Assembly (NCBI GenBank): GCA_008080735.1
Contig: SHMW01000004.1
Location: 1-64,000, forward strand
Direction: 5' to 3'
DNA: 64,000 nt
Source: Promethearchaeota archaeon
GTDB taxonomy: Archaea > Asgardarchaeota > Lokiarchaeia > Sigyniarchaeales > SOKP01
Every line of letters starts with the position of its first letter. Position 1 is the stretch's first letter. The notes beneath the pieces were generated by a model that was not told the origin of the DNA, did not search any database, and was given only the letters and a program-made list of their open reading frames with translations. A program made the translations under genes and the position numbers. Shown one piece after another: positions 40,619-50,180 of this stretch.

Positions 40619-42133
40619 TTATGGTAGAGCTAATCTACCTGGATGCATTATCATATTAGGATCAACAAGCTTTTTGAAAGCCCTCAAATATTTCCAGTAC
40701 ATTGCTGCATCATAGTACGCTTGAATATGGATATATGGATCTGGTCTGTAATTTAACCAGCCTTGCTTTAATCCGTATTCTGTGGTTTCTCTGTTCAGAT
40801 CTTGGACTTTTTCGAACTCCTTCGGGTCTGTGCTGTCGAAACAGATGATTGGCATACAAATCGCTTGGCGACATCGCTCGATAGACGCAATCCACATTTC
40901 CAGGTGCATCTTGAGGTAAGATGCGATAACTGGTGGAAAGTCGTATTTCTCCATCGCGGCATTATACATCTCGGCGAAGTGAGCACATTCATTCCATGGT
41001 GTGTACCACGTAATAAATAGGAAGCCCGCTTCCCAGAAGCTATACGGAATCGCTATTTTATTCGGTTTCTTCATTCTGCTCTCGATCTGCTTCGGATGTA
41101 ATTCCCACGGTCGCATCGCATCACCGTCTTTCGCTCGATTGGCAGCATAATCCTTACAATGGTTATTAATAGTATCAACAACATGCTCTAACTCTTTCTC
41201 TGATTGTGCCCAGCATTCCCAGTTCATCCACCACTCCGGAATACCAATCTTCTCAAAGAAAGCATATTCGTGAGGAATCTTATCTTTCGGCCATCGAGTC
41301 ATGACTAAGGGATAATTTCCCCCTTGTACCATAACGGTATTGTGAGCAACGCCAAATTCTTTCATACCTAATTCGAGCGTGACATCCTGCATATCATATG
41401 GGTTTGACATACCCCATGCGACCACAGTTTTTGCGTCTGGATGAGGATAAATCTTGACAGCAGCTTTCGTGACAACTCCTAATGCTCCTTGGGAGCCCAT
41501 CAAAAAGGACCACATGTCAGGCCCCAAACCATATTTATAGAACGGTTTTGCGCCTGGAAGAGCCCAAGAGCCAGTTTTTACGACATCACCATTTGGGAAC
41601 ACAATCTCGGCGCACATGAAATTGTCGCCTTGAGGTCCGACCGATGATGTATATAAGGAAAACCCTCTGTCAATCGCATCGCCCATAACGGTCGCCGCGG
41701 GAGGAGCTCCATCCGCGATTGGAGGTGCCCAATCAGGGTGGTTCTTATGCATATATGCCCAGAGCTGCCCGTTCGTGACGCCTGGTTCAATGATCGCATA
41801 ACGATTATCTTCATCGATTTCCAGAATTCTGTCCATCCGTCCTAAATCGAGCATAACGCCCGCTGGTTTAATAGTCGGGCATGCAAACCCTCCGGAGAGT
41901 CCCGCTGAAATGGGAGAGACGGCGATCTTCTCATCAGAACAGTATAAGAGAATCTTTCTGATTTCTTCGACGTATTTGGGTCGCAGTACGACATCAGGAA
42001 TCTGACTTTCCAAGCCCATGACGGATTTTGCGAGGTAGGACGCGGTGATGGCTTCATCCATCGTGGCGTATTCCTTCCCGACGATACCCTCGAAGGCTTG
42101 GAGGTCTTTTTCGGTTGGTGCTTTATAACTCAT
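40619..42133 (-). CDS. FAD-binding oxidoreductase (GlcD/VAO family); candidate in-frame 30-nt intron at 40898-40927
   Basis: PDVVLRP, LDLGRMDRILEID, IEPGV, GSQGALGVVTK, KKLVDPNMIMHPG. Confidence 0.9.
   Translation of the reverse strand: MSYKAPTEKDLQAFEGIVGKEYATMDEAITASYLAKSVMGLESQIPDVVLRPKYVEEIRKILLYCSDEKIAVSPISAGLSGGFACPTIKPAGVMLDLGRMDRILEIDEDNRYAIIEPGVTNGQLWAYMHKNHPDWAPPIADGAPPAATVMGDAIDRGFSLYTSSVGPQGDNFMCAEIVFPNGDVVKTGSWALPGAKPFYKYGLGPDMWSFLMGSQGALGVVTKAAVKIYPHPDAKTVVAWGMSNPYDMQDVTLELGMKEFGVAHNTVMVQGGNYPLVMTRWPKDKIPHEYAFFEKIGIPEWWMNWECWAQSEKELEHVVDTINNHCKDYAANRAKDGDAMRPWELHPKQIESRMKKPNKIAIPYSFWEAGFLFITWYTPWNECAHFAEMYNAAMEKYDFPPVIASYLKMHLEMWIASIERCRQAICMPIICFDSTDPKEFEKVQDLNRETTEYGLKQGWLNYRPDPYIHIQAYYDAAMYWKYLRAFKKLVDPNMIMHPGRLALP
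40898..40927 (-). other. Candidate BHL-type mRNA intron (30 nt, in frame)
   Basis: ATCGCATCTTACCTCAAGATGCACCTGGAA; central helix CCAG/CTGG; cut sites TT|A and AA|A; 7-bp stem with ACCTC loop. Confidence 0.6.
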
Positions 42134-42366
42134 ATTATTCAGCTTTTTCTTTTTTTTATATAGTTAATTTTATAAACTATTAATGTTGTTTTTGAAAATT
42201 AATCGTCCTAATTAAAAATTTCTTATATGTTTTGCATAAAAAGAGTAATGGTTTCTTATAATTTCAATGATGAAGTTTTAAAAGGCGATCATTTGATTTG
42301 CTTATAAAAACTCGGAAAGGTATTTTTGAAGTTTAATACCTTTTTATGAAATTCTTTCCTAATTTC

Positions 42367-42648
42367 TCAGAAGAAAATAGATATGTGTTTATCTTTATTG
42401 ATTAAGTCCTTTTCAACAGTCATTTCTAGGGGTTCTTGATCTCTTCTTAAGGAAATATAATGTGTTTGGGCATCGACAATCTCGAGTTCCTTTCCCTCAA
42501 ATAACTGGACTAATTCCTCTAATTTATCTGCGTAAGTATCCAATTCTTTAGCTCAACCGAACAACGCGAGTTTAGCATTATCATCCGTATAACGGAGATG
42601 ATTCGCTAAATGATCACCTTGTTTCAGATGTAAAGATAAAGTATATTT
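42367..42648 (-). pseudogene. Start-less paralog of 43477-43797 with an internal TGA
   Basis: KYTLSLHLKQGDHLANHL..KLALFG*AKEL aligns by eye with EYSLFVHWKQGEHLAYYL..KKAILDWDNN; TGA 42553-42555 sits at the Trp position. Confidence 0.7.
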
Positions 42649-43128
42649 TTATTCAACAAATAAATCCTCTCTCTCATCCTTATCCAAGTAATTTTGTAAT
42701 TGTAAATGGATTAAGGCAGATGTTTTATCATAATCCTGTTCCTTAACAATTTTTCTGATTCTTTCGACTAAAAAAGGTTCGGTATATGCTCCAAATTTCC
42801 CTCTCATCATTAAACCAAACTCAGAGTCTATTATTGCATTTCTTTTACCTTTGTTCATTTTTGATAATTCGTTTATGAGGAATTTAATCATACTATATTT
42901 TTTAATAAGTGAAATCGAATCCTGTGTATCTAGGAAATCAATGAAAGAGATAGAATGTAAATCGAAAATAGTATCTAAATCTCTGTTTACAATTGCTAAT
43001 CCCAATCTTCTTAAATATTCAGACGATAATGACTCTCCAATACATCCAACAAACTCCGACTCCCAAAAACCATCTATAGGATCGTTATTTAGTGCTAAAA
43101 TGATATCAAAGAGTTTTCTATTAATCAT
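42649..43128 (-). CDS. Hypothetical protein
   Basis: 159-aa ATG ORF whose start overlaps the stop of the upstream frame (ATGATTAA). Confidence 0.6.
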   Translation of the reverse strand: MINRKLFDIILALNNDPIDGFWESEFVGCIGESLSSEYLRRLGLAIVNRDLDTIFDLHSISFIDFLDTQDSISLIKKYSMIKFLINELSKMNKGKRNAIIDSEFGLMMRGKFGAYTEPFLVERIRKIVKEQDYDKTSALIHLQLQNYLDKDEREDLFVE

Positions 43129-43471
43129 CTTGAAAATATCTTTTCATTTTTCGTTCACCTAAATTTCTAATTATAGTTTCAAGAAGAATTTTATATTCAA
43201 AAGAATACCAGGAATGTAATTTATTTTCAAATTTATCTAAAAAGTTTTCTCTTAAATCATTAGTTTCAAAAATAGTCTCGATTGTGAGAATTAATATTTC
43301 ATTTTTAAGAGACTTATCCCTAATCTTATATCTACGAGAATATCCTTCTTTGTATTCTTCAAACGGTCATAGAGTTTCCCTAATCTCAAATAAAAAATCT
43401 ATTAATTCATCATTTTTTTCAATAGAATCCAATCTTTCTTGTAAAGCCTTTATACACAATTTAAAATTCAT
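43121..43471 (-). pseudogene. Hypothetical ORF (117 codons) with one internal TGA
   Basis: MNFKLCIKAL..RETL*PFEEYKEGYSRRY..YFQDD*; TGA at 43367-43369; abuts both neighbours. Confidence 0.6.
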
Positions 43472-43476
43472 TCATT

Positions 43477-43797
43477 TCAATCCTTTTCATACTTTTTGAT
43501 GACTAAATTTTGTTTAGCGGCATCTTCTAAGGCTTTTTCATCCCCCGCTAGTATTATGGAATGATCACTGCATAGGGATATTTTTAAGTTCTTATCCTTG
43601 AATAGTCCTAACAATTTTCTGATTTTATTTGCGCTTTTTCGGAAATTATTGTCCCAATCTAGTATTGCCTTTTTGGTATCATAATCGCGTTTTTCTAAAT
43701 AGTAGGCTAGGTGCTCTCCTTGTTTCCAGTGAACAAATAATGAATATTCTTCATTTTTGGAAGTTTCTTTGTTTTCCATATTTATCTTTTTTGACAT
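43477..43797 (-). CDS. Hypothetical protein (intact paralog of 42367-42648)
   Basis: 106-aa ATG ORF; the local paralog supports coding status. Confidence 0.7.
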   Translation of the reverse strand: MSKKINMENKETSKNEEYSLFVHWKQGEHLAYYLEKRDYDTKKAILDWDNNFRKSANKIRKLLGLFKDKNLKISLCSDHSIILAGDEKALEDAAKQNLVIKKYEKD

Positions 43798-43892
43798 TTA
43801 TTGAATTTTGTGTTATTAAATAATAAATTAACCCTAAATATTTGTTCCATTATTTAGAACCTTCATGATTATGTGAGAACCCTTTAAAAAAA

Positions 43893-44864
43893 TTATGTCT
43901 CGTTATTGTCAAAATAATCGGTAATTTTTCTCTGAGTGAATAAGAATATGATTTCATTTTTAATATCACTTATCCTTCCGGTAATTGTCTCCGTATTCCT
44001 TAGAATAATTCTAAAATGATTTATTCCTAATTTTCTTATAATTTCTGGAATTTCAATCTTTTCATGAATTTCTTCAGCTAAAAAGTGCAGGAACATTCGA
44101 ACTTTCGATCTTAGTGCTTCTTTTTCTTGTCTCCCAATATTAATTTCTCTACAATTATGTCTTAAAATATAATTAATAAATTCCATAACTCTAAAGTCTG
44201 TATCTTTTTCTTTTATCTTCCTTGAAATTATGAACTGTAAAAAGGAGTTAGTCAAAATAATGCCCGCATTTCTCTCAATATTTATTTTCCCATCCTTAGT
44301 TCCTGAAATGTCTAATATATCATCTAAAAGAAACGGAATGTAAACTTTTTCCCAAATATCATTCTGATTTGATATTTCCATCAAATTGTTTATATATTTA
44401 TGGTTTAAGGTTCCCTCTTTTACATTTAGCTCAAAAAACTTTTTGTTTTTTAAATCTATACAATATACATTTACTGGTTTTAAAATTGGAACAGTATCTA
44501 TTATTTTTAAAATAATATCTTCAGGTGAGTTATAAAATACATAATCTATGAAGACTTCTGCTTTAGAATTTACTGGAATTAGAGTGCTATCAAAATTCTT
44601 TACTTGAATTTGCAAATAGTTCTTATATTGAGGTTTTATGCTATTATTTATATCATTTTTTGAAAAAATGGTTCTTTTTTTAAATTCAAAAATTAAATAG
44701 AAATTAATCCCTTCGAGTTCATAATAACCTATAAAATCAGGTTTTACAGTACTTTCGTTACTTAATTCAATATCTAATTCAAAAACGCCCTTGATTAACC
44801 CTCCTACGGATTTCATCGCCGCTATAAGGAAATTGATGACTTTAGTTTGGTCCGACAATCTCAT
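43893..44864 (-). CDS. Hypothetical protein with a possible PD-(D/E)xK nuclease motif
   Basis: VKPDFIGY..LIFEFKKR; very AT-rich. Confidence 0.55.
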   Translation of the reverse strand: MRLSDQTKVINFLIAAMKSVGGLIKGVFELDIELSNESTVKPDFIGYYELEGINFYLIFEFKKRTIFSKNDINNSIKPQYKNYLQIQVKNFDSTLIPVNSKAEVFIDYVFYNSPEDIILKIIDTVPILKPVNVYCIDLKNKKFFELNVKEGTLNHKYINNLMEISNQNDIWEKVYIPFLLDDILDISGTKDGKINIERNAGIILTNSFLQFIISRKIKEKDTDFRVMEFINYILRHNCREINIGRQEKEALRSKVRMFLHFLAEEIHEKIEIPEIIRKLGINHFRIILRNTETITGRISDIKNEIIFLFTQRKITDYFDNNET

Positions 44865-44865
44865 A

Positions 44866-45942
44866 TTAATTCGCTAGGTTAATGTTTTCATTATCAACTT
44901 CTAATTCAATATTCGGGTCTAGGTGTGTTTGGAGATTAGAAAATAAACGCAATATGATGTTTCCACATGAATCACTATTTAAATTGATAAAAAGTTTATC
45001 CATGAAAATTTGTAATGTGAATCTTCCACCTGTATGTTCATCGATACAATTATATAATATAAAATCTTTCTCCCGAACTTGCTCAAAAATGATAATCTTA
45101 AATATTTTACGATTTTTCATTAATATCTTATAAATTTTTTGGGGATCTATTGCTGTCTTCAGTTGAATCCTATATAATTGACCTTTTAATTCACGCCAAT
45201 CCGTACGATAATTTTCTATTAATTCGATCTTTGAGTTATAATCATCTCTTATTAGTTCAATAAAGTCTAGATGTTTGTGAAAATCATATCCCTTATTGAT
45301 CGTGAACCTTCCATTTCTATAAAAATCTTCTTTTATAATTATTTCTTTATCGATATCTTCAAAAACGTAATTTAATGAATTAAAATTTATGGGTAAATTG
45401 ATATTGTCTATGAAATATTGCATACTATTAGCTTGCTTTGGCCATAACCTCATTGTGTAATTCAAAAGCTTTTCTTTTATGGGATCTCCCTCATCAAAGA
45501 AAAGTTGTTTAAATTTTATACTTACCCCCATTGAATCAGAACTATATATTTTCCAATATTTTGTAAGCATCTGATTTGTTAAATATATTCTATCTTGAAG
45601 ATAACTATTCCAAAATAAATCTTCAATTTTTGATTTTATTATTTTTTGAGATTCGATATTATGTAAAATCCAAAATCTATGGTTTGTAGTATCAGCATAT
45701 ATAAAATAATCTTCATTATTTGGTGATTTTATTAACACATTGAAAAAGTTTTCCTCTTTGGAAGGAATAATTGTAATCTTATCATACCTATTTCCAAATT
45801 CCTCAATAGAATCAAAATTCGACTCAATAATATTTCCTTTAATTTGATTTTGAATTCGTTCTTCATCTGAATATTCATTTTTTAGCACAGATTCAAAATA
45901 TTGGTACCAATCCGATTTGTATTCAAAAATCTTATCCATCAT
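44866..45942 (-). CDS. Hypothetical protein
   Basis: 358-aa ORF, 1 nt from the next gene; very AT-rich. Confidence 0.7.
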   Translation of the reverse strand: MMDKIFEYKSDWYQYFESVLKNEYSDEERIQNQIKGNIIESNFDSIEEFGNRYDKITIIPSKEENFFNVLIKSPNNEDYFIYADTTNHRFWILHNIESQKIIKSKIEDLFWNSYLQDRIYLTNQMLTKYWKIYSSDSMGVSIKFKQLFFDEGDPIKEKLLNYTMRLWPKQANSMQYFIDNINLPINFNSLNYVFEDIDKEIIIKEDFYRNGRFTINKGYDFHKHLDFIELIRDDYNSKIELIENYRTDWRELKGQLYRIQLKTAIDPQKIYKILMKNRKIFKIIIFEQVREKDFILYNCIDEHTGGRFTLQIFMDKLFINLNSDSCGNIILRLFSNLQTHLDPNIELEVDNENINLAN

Positions 45943-46099
45943 AAATTTTAAATTTTGTTATTTTTGATCATTTAAAAGGATCTTTTCTATTTAGATATTG
46001 AGGGTGTAATAAGATATGAATTTATTATTAGAAAAGAAGATTTTTATTATAAATATATATGAAAATTCAGAGGTATGTATAGTTATTTTTTAATTTTTC

Positions 46100-46324
46100 C
46101 CAAGGAAAACGAATTTTTCCTCCGCATCGATTAATTCATGTTCCATTCTTCCTTAGTGAAACTGGGCTGTTGCATTTTTCGCGCTCAACCTATTCCATCA
46201 TCTTGTACAAGGAAACGCCCGGCATGGTAGCTGCTTCAGCCAAGCTCACAAGACCTTTCTGATATAACATAACCGCTTCATTCATTTTACATTCTGAAAT
46301 TTGTTTAAGCAAGAATTTACGCAT
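46100..46324 (-). pseudogene. UPF0175-family (putative antitoxin) pseudogene
   Basis: MRKFLLKQ..EAVMLYQKGLVSLAEAATMPGVSLYKMME*VEREK, then an apparent frameshift; 3' end approximate. Confidence 0.6.
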
Positions 46325-46447
46325 CTCTTTTATTTTTTATTCCTAATCTAAATTATACAATTTTTAAAACACAAAATCCAATTTATCTCTACGTATTAAC
46401 ATAATGTAATATTTTGTCTAATCTCTTGAAATAAAAAATCGGATAAA

Positions 46448-46630
46448 TTAAAGTATTTGACGTTTCATCAGATAATAGAGTAAGAAGTTAAGAATTCCCC
46501 CAATAATCCCCGCATAAAAGCCCGTATCGAACCACCAATCGGTAGCATCAATTCCAATTTTTCTCATATTTTCGAATATAATCGTCGAAATATATTGATA
46601 ATTATGAAATCTCAGCAAAAAATACCCCAT
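46448..46630 (-). CDS. Small membrane peptide or gene fragment
   Basis: 60-aa ATG ORF with one hydrophobic helix. Confidence 0.4.
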   Translation of the reverse strand: MGYFLLRFHNYQYISTIIFENMRKIGIDATDWWFDTGFYAGIIGGILNFLLYYLMKRQIL

Positions 46631-46709
46631 ATTCTTTTATTATCACTATCTTTATATAGGTTTGAGAGTTTTATCATAATAAGACGTTCCACGCTAGGGG
46701 TTGGATTGT

Positions 46710-48440
46710 ATGGTATTTCGGGAAAAACAATATGAAATGATTTTATCGCAGATCATCGATAAGTTCTCCAAAATTAATGGAGAAGCGGAAGAGAGACCTG
46801 AGAACAAAAAAATTTCCAAGAAATTAAACGAATTAAAACTGATTTTAAAATCCCTAAGAAATAATCCCGGGAAAAATCCATTAGAGGTAATTCAAACCAT
46901 TAAAAATAGAATAAACAACGACTCAATAATTCCACAATTATCCGGAAACGACTATTTTCAGTGGATCATAAATAATATGGATGATATCGTCTCAATTTTT
47001 GACAGTAATTTAAATTTAGAATTTATAAATAATGCTCAAGAGCGCTATTCTGGATTTACTAAAGAAGAAATTGTTGGAAAAAACACTGCTAGATATATTC
47101 ATCCCGATGACCAATTTAAAGTGCTTTCCGTGCTCAAAAATTCGTATAAGAAGGGTTATGGAGAAGCGGAATATCGTATGAGAACTAAGGAGGGGAAATA
47201 TGTGTGGTTACACGGTAAGGGACATTTGGTTAAAAAAGGTGGAAAAACCAAAATAATCATCATAGGAAGAGACATCACGCAGAGAAAGAAGTTGGAAAAC
47301 CAGTTAACGCATTGGAATAAGAAACTTGAAGAAAGGGTCGAAAGACGCACGAGGAGACTGAAAGAATCGCAAGAAAAATACAAGATCCTCACTGAAAACG
47401 TAAGTGATTTGATTATGAGTATTGATTCAAATCTTAATATAGACTACTTCAACCATCAAATTCATAAAGAAATATTAGGATATAAAGAAGACGAGTTAAT
47501 GAATGAACCAGTATCCAATATTCTACATCCAGAAGAATATCAAAAAGCTTTAGATACAGTTAAACAAACTTTTGAAAATGGTAGTGGTAAACTCGAATTT
47601 CGAGTCAAGCATAAGAATGGCAACTTTTTGTGGTTTGAGTCAAAAGCAAGGAGATATACTAATGAGGAGGGGGAGAGAAAAGTTATAGTCATATCTCGAG
47701 ATATAACCAAAAGAAGAGAGTTTGAGCACCAATTAAAAGAACTGAATAAACTGAAGTCAGATCTCCTCAGACGGGCTTCTCATGAATTAAAAACCCCTTT
47801 AGTCGCAATCAAAGGATATACGAATTTCCTATTGGAAAATTATAGCCAGTTTACGCATGATGATATAATTGATGTCTTGACTCAAATTCGCTCTGGTGCA
47901 GAGAGATTACAAGATCTCATCAATGAGATTTTAAAAGCATCTAAACTTGAATTAAAGGCAGATTCATTCCACCCAGAATATGAGGACCTTACATTTTTGA
48001 TACAGTTTGTTATTGATGAATTACAAGGATATATCCGCACTCGTCAGCATCAATTAGAGGTTAATCTTCACGAGGATTTAAGAGTAAAATGTGAAAAAGA
48101 AAAGATCTATGAGGTTTTTACAAATCTCTTATCAAATGCGATAAAATATACCCCGAAAAGGGGAAAAATCACGGTCAAATCACAAAAACTTGAAGATAAA
48201 ATTATTATAAGTGTCAAGGATACGGGTATTGGATTTACTCAAAACGAAAAGAAGCAAATATTTAAGAAATTTGGTAAGATTGAAAGATATGGGAATGGTT
48301 ATGATATAGAAATTGATGGTCATGGATTAGGCTTATATAATTCTAAGAAATTAATTGAATTACATGGCGGAGAATTATGGATGAAATCTCCTGGTAGAAA
48401 TAGAGGATCAACATTCTACTTTTCTCTACCGAGGAGCTGA
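46710..48440 (+). CDS. PAS-PAS sensor histidine kinase
   Basis: Two PAS domains (IHPDD, LHPEE); ASHELKTPL; NLLSNAIKYT; DTGIG; GHGLGL; GSTFYFSLP. Confidence 0.95.
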   Translation: MVFREKQYEMILSQIIDKFSKINGEAEERPENKKISKKLNELKLILKSLRNNPGKNPLEVIQTIKNRINNDSIIPQLSGNDYFQWIINNMDDIVSIFDSNLNLEFINNAQERYSGFTKEEIVGKNTARYIHPDDQFKVLSVLKNSYKKGYGEAEYRMRTKEGKYVWLHGKGHLVKKGGKTKIIIIGRDITQRKKLENQLTHWNKKLEERVERRTRRLKESQEKYKILTENVSDLIMSIDSNLNIDYFNHQIHKEILGYKEDELMNEPVSNILHPEEYQKALDTVKQTFENGSGKLEFRVKHKNGNFLWFESKARRYTNEEGERKVIVISRDITKRREFEHQLKELNKLKSDLLRRASHELKTPLVAIKGYTNFLLENYSQFTHDDIIDVLTQIRSGAERLQDLINEILKASKLELKADSFHPEYEDLTFLIQFVIDELQGYIRTRQHQLEVNLHEDLRVKCEKEKIYEVFTNLLSNAIKYTPKRGKITVKSQKLEDKIIISVKDTGIGFTQNEKKQIFKKFGKIERYGNGYDIEIDGHGLGLYNSKKLIELHGGELWMKSPGRNRGSTFYFSLPRS

Positions 48441-48557
48441 AATCTGTTTAATTTCAATTTTTTCTGTTTTCAGCCTTTTATAATATTCAATTTAGGTTTA
48501 TATATTTTCATTCCTTACCTAAAAAGGTGAAAATACTAAATTTTTCCTAAGAAGAAA

Positions 48558-50180
48558 ATGACCAAATCACAGTTTGATTGTATAATTATTGGGGGTGGTG
48601 CCACCGGAGCTGGTATAGCAAGGGATCTTAGCTTGAGAGGATTGAAAGTGTGTTTAGTGGAGAAGAAAGATCTAAGTGAAGGTACCACTGGTCGTTGTCA
48701 TGCGATGCTTCATTCTGGTGGGAGATATGTGTATAAGGATAAGGTTGCTGCCACCGAATGTGCCGAAGAAAGTGAAATTCTATTGAAAATTGCGCCCCAT
48801 ATCACTGAATTATGCGGAGGATATTTTGTTGCGGTAGATGACGAAGATGTAGAATATGGGAATATCTTTCGAGAAAGTTGTAAAAAGGCAAAGGTTTGGT
48901 GCGAGGAAATGTCTCCCCAAGAGTTTTTACAAGAGGAGCCGAAATGTAATGAAAATATAAAACGAGTATTTAAAGTTAAAGATGGATATATAGACCCATT
49001 CTTACTTACAATTTATAATGCCTATGACGCTAAACTTAACGGCGCGGAAATCCGTACATATTCAAAGGCAACTGACTTAATTTTCGAAAATGACAGAATA
49101 ATTGGAATAAAGGTTTTGGATAAGCTTCATAATACAACTTACGAACTTTATGGAAAAATCACGATTAATGCGACTGGGCCTTGGGCAGCATATTTAGAAA
49201 AAGACTTACAATTGGAAAAGAATTTAGAAATCGCGCCCACGATGGGCACTCTTTTAGTAATTAAGAATCGATTAGTTTCACACCTTATTAATCGTCTGCG
49301 AGAACCAGGCGACGGAGATATAATAGTTCCGAGTCATCAGTCCGTTATTTTAGGTACCACATCTAAACTTGTAGCTTTAGAAGAATTAGACAACTTACTC
49401 CCCGATAAAGAAGAGATAAAATATCTTTTGAATCTTGGAGAGTATTTAATCCCCTCTATTAAAGATCATCGAATAATTCGCTTCTATTCTGGTGCGCGAC
49501 CTCTCATAGCAAGCGGTGGTCCATTGCGAGAGGCTTCAAGAAAATTTGACATTATTGATTATAGCGATGAAGGATATGAAGGGTTGCTAACGATTTTTGG
49601 CGGAAAATTGACAACATATCGTCTCATGGCAGAAAAAACAGCTGATCTCATCTGCGAAAAACTCAATTATGAAGCGGAGTGTCAAACGGCTCAGAAACCA
49701 TTACCAGGAGGAGAGCAAAAGATAACTCAAAAAGTCTTCGAAAAGGAACTTAAAGTAGATGAGAAAACCGCATTTGATATGCAATATAAATGGGGTACAT
49801 ACTACAGCGATATTCTTTCTTTGTGTGAAACTTGTATGGATTCTTATACATCTCTTAATAAACCAAGAACCATCTGTGAATGTGAAAACGTGACAGAACC
49901 GGAGCTATCGTGGACAAATAAGAATTTAATGGTAAAAGTTATGGATGATTATCGTAGAAGAACTCGACAAGGAATGGGGCCTTGTCAAGGTCAATTTTGT
50001 TATTATAAATTGGCAAACTTGGAAGCAAAATGGACCGAAAAAAGTCACTCTCAAATCATGGAAGAATTAAAGACCGCACTCCAGAAAAGATGGAAAATAG
50101 AACCTTCCGCAAATGAATACCAACTTAGACAGATTAAACTAGCGAAATACGTGTATCTCTTAGGAGGGAATTTAAAATGA
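48558..50180 (+). CDS. glpA: Anaerobic glycerol-3-phosphate dehydrogenase subunit A
   Basis: IIGGGATGAGIARD, GTTGRCHAMLHSGGRY, GGKLTTYRLMAE, CECENV..RRRTRQGMGPCQGQFC. Confidence 0.92.
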   Translation: MTKSQFDCIIIGGGATGAGIARDLSLRGLKVCLVEKKDLSEGTTGRCHAMLHSGGRYVYKDKVAATECAEESEILLKIAPHITELCGGYFVAVDDEDVEYGNIFRESCKKAKVWCEEMSPQEFLQEEPKCNENIKRVFKVKDGYIDPFLLTIYNAYDAKLNGAEIRTYSKATDLIFENDRIIGIKVLDKLHNTTYELYGKITINATGPWAAYLEKDLQLEKNLEIAPTMGTLLVIKNRLVSHLINRLREPGDGDIIVPSHQSVILGTTSKLVALEELDNLLPDKEEIKYLLNLGEYLIPSIKDHRIIRFYSGARPLIASGGPLREASRKFDIIDYSDEGYEGLLTIFGGKLTTYRLMAEKTADLICEKLNYEAECQTAQKPLPGGEQKITQKVFEKELKVDEKTAFDMQYKWGTYYSDILSLCETCMDSYTSLNKPRTICECENVTEPELSWTNKNLMVKVMDDYRRRTRQGMGPCQGQFCYYKLANLEAKWTEKSHSQIMEELKTALQKRWKIEPSANEYQLRQIKLAKYVYLLGGNLK

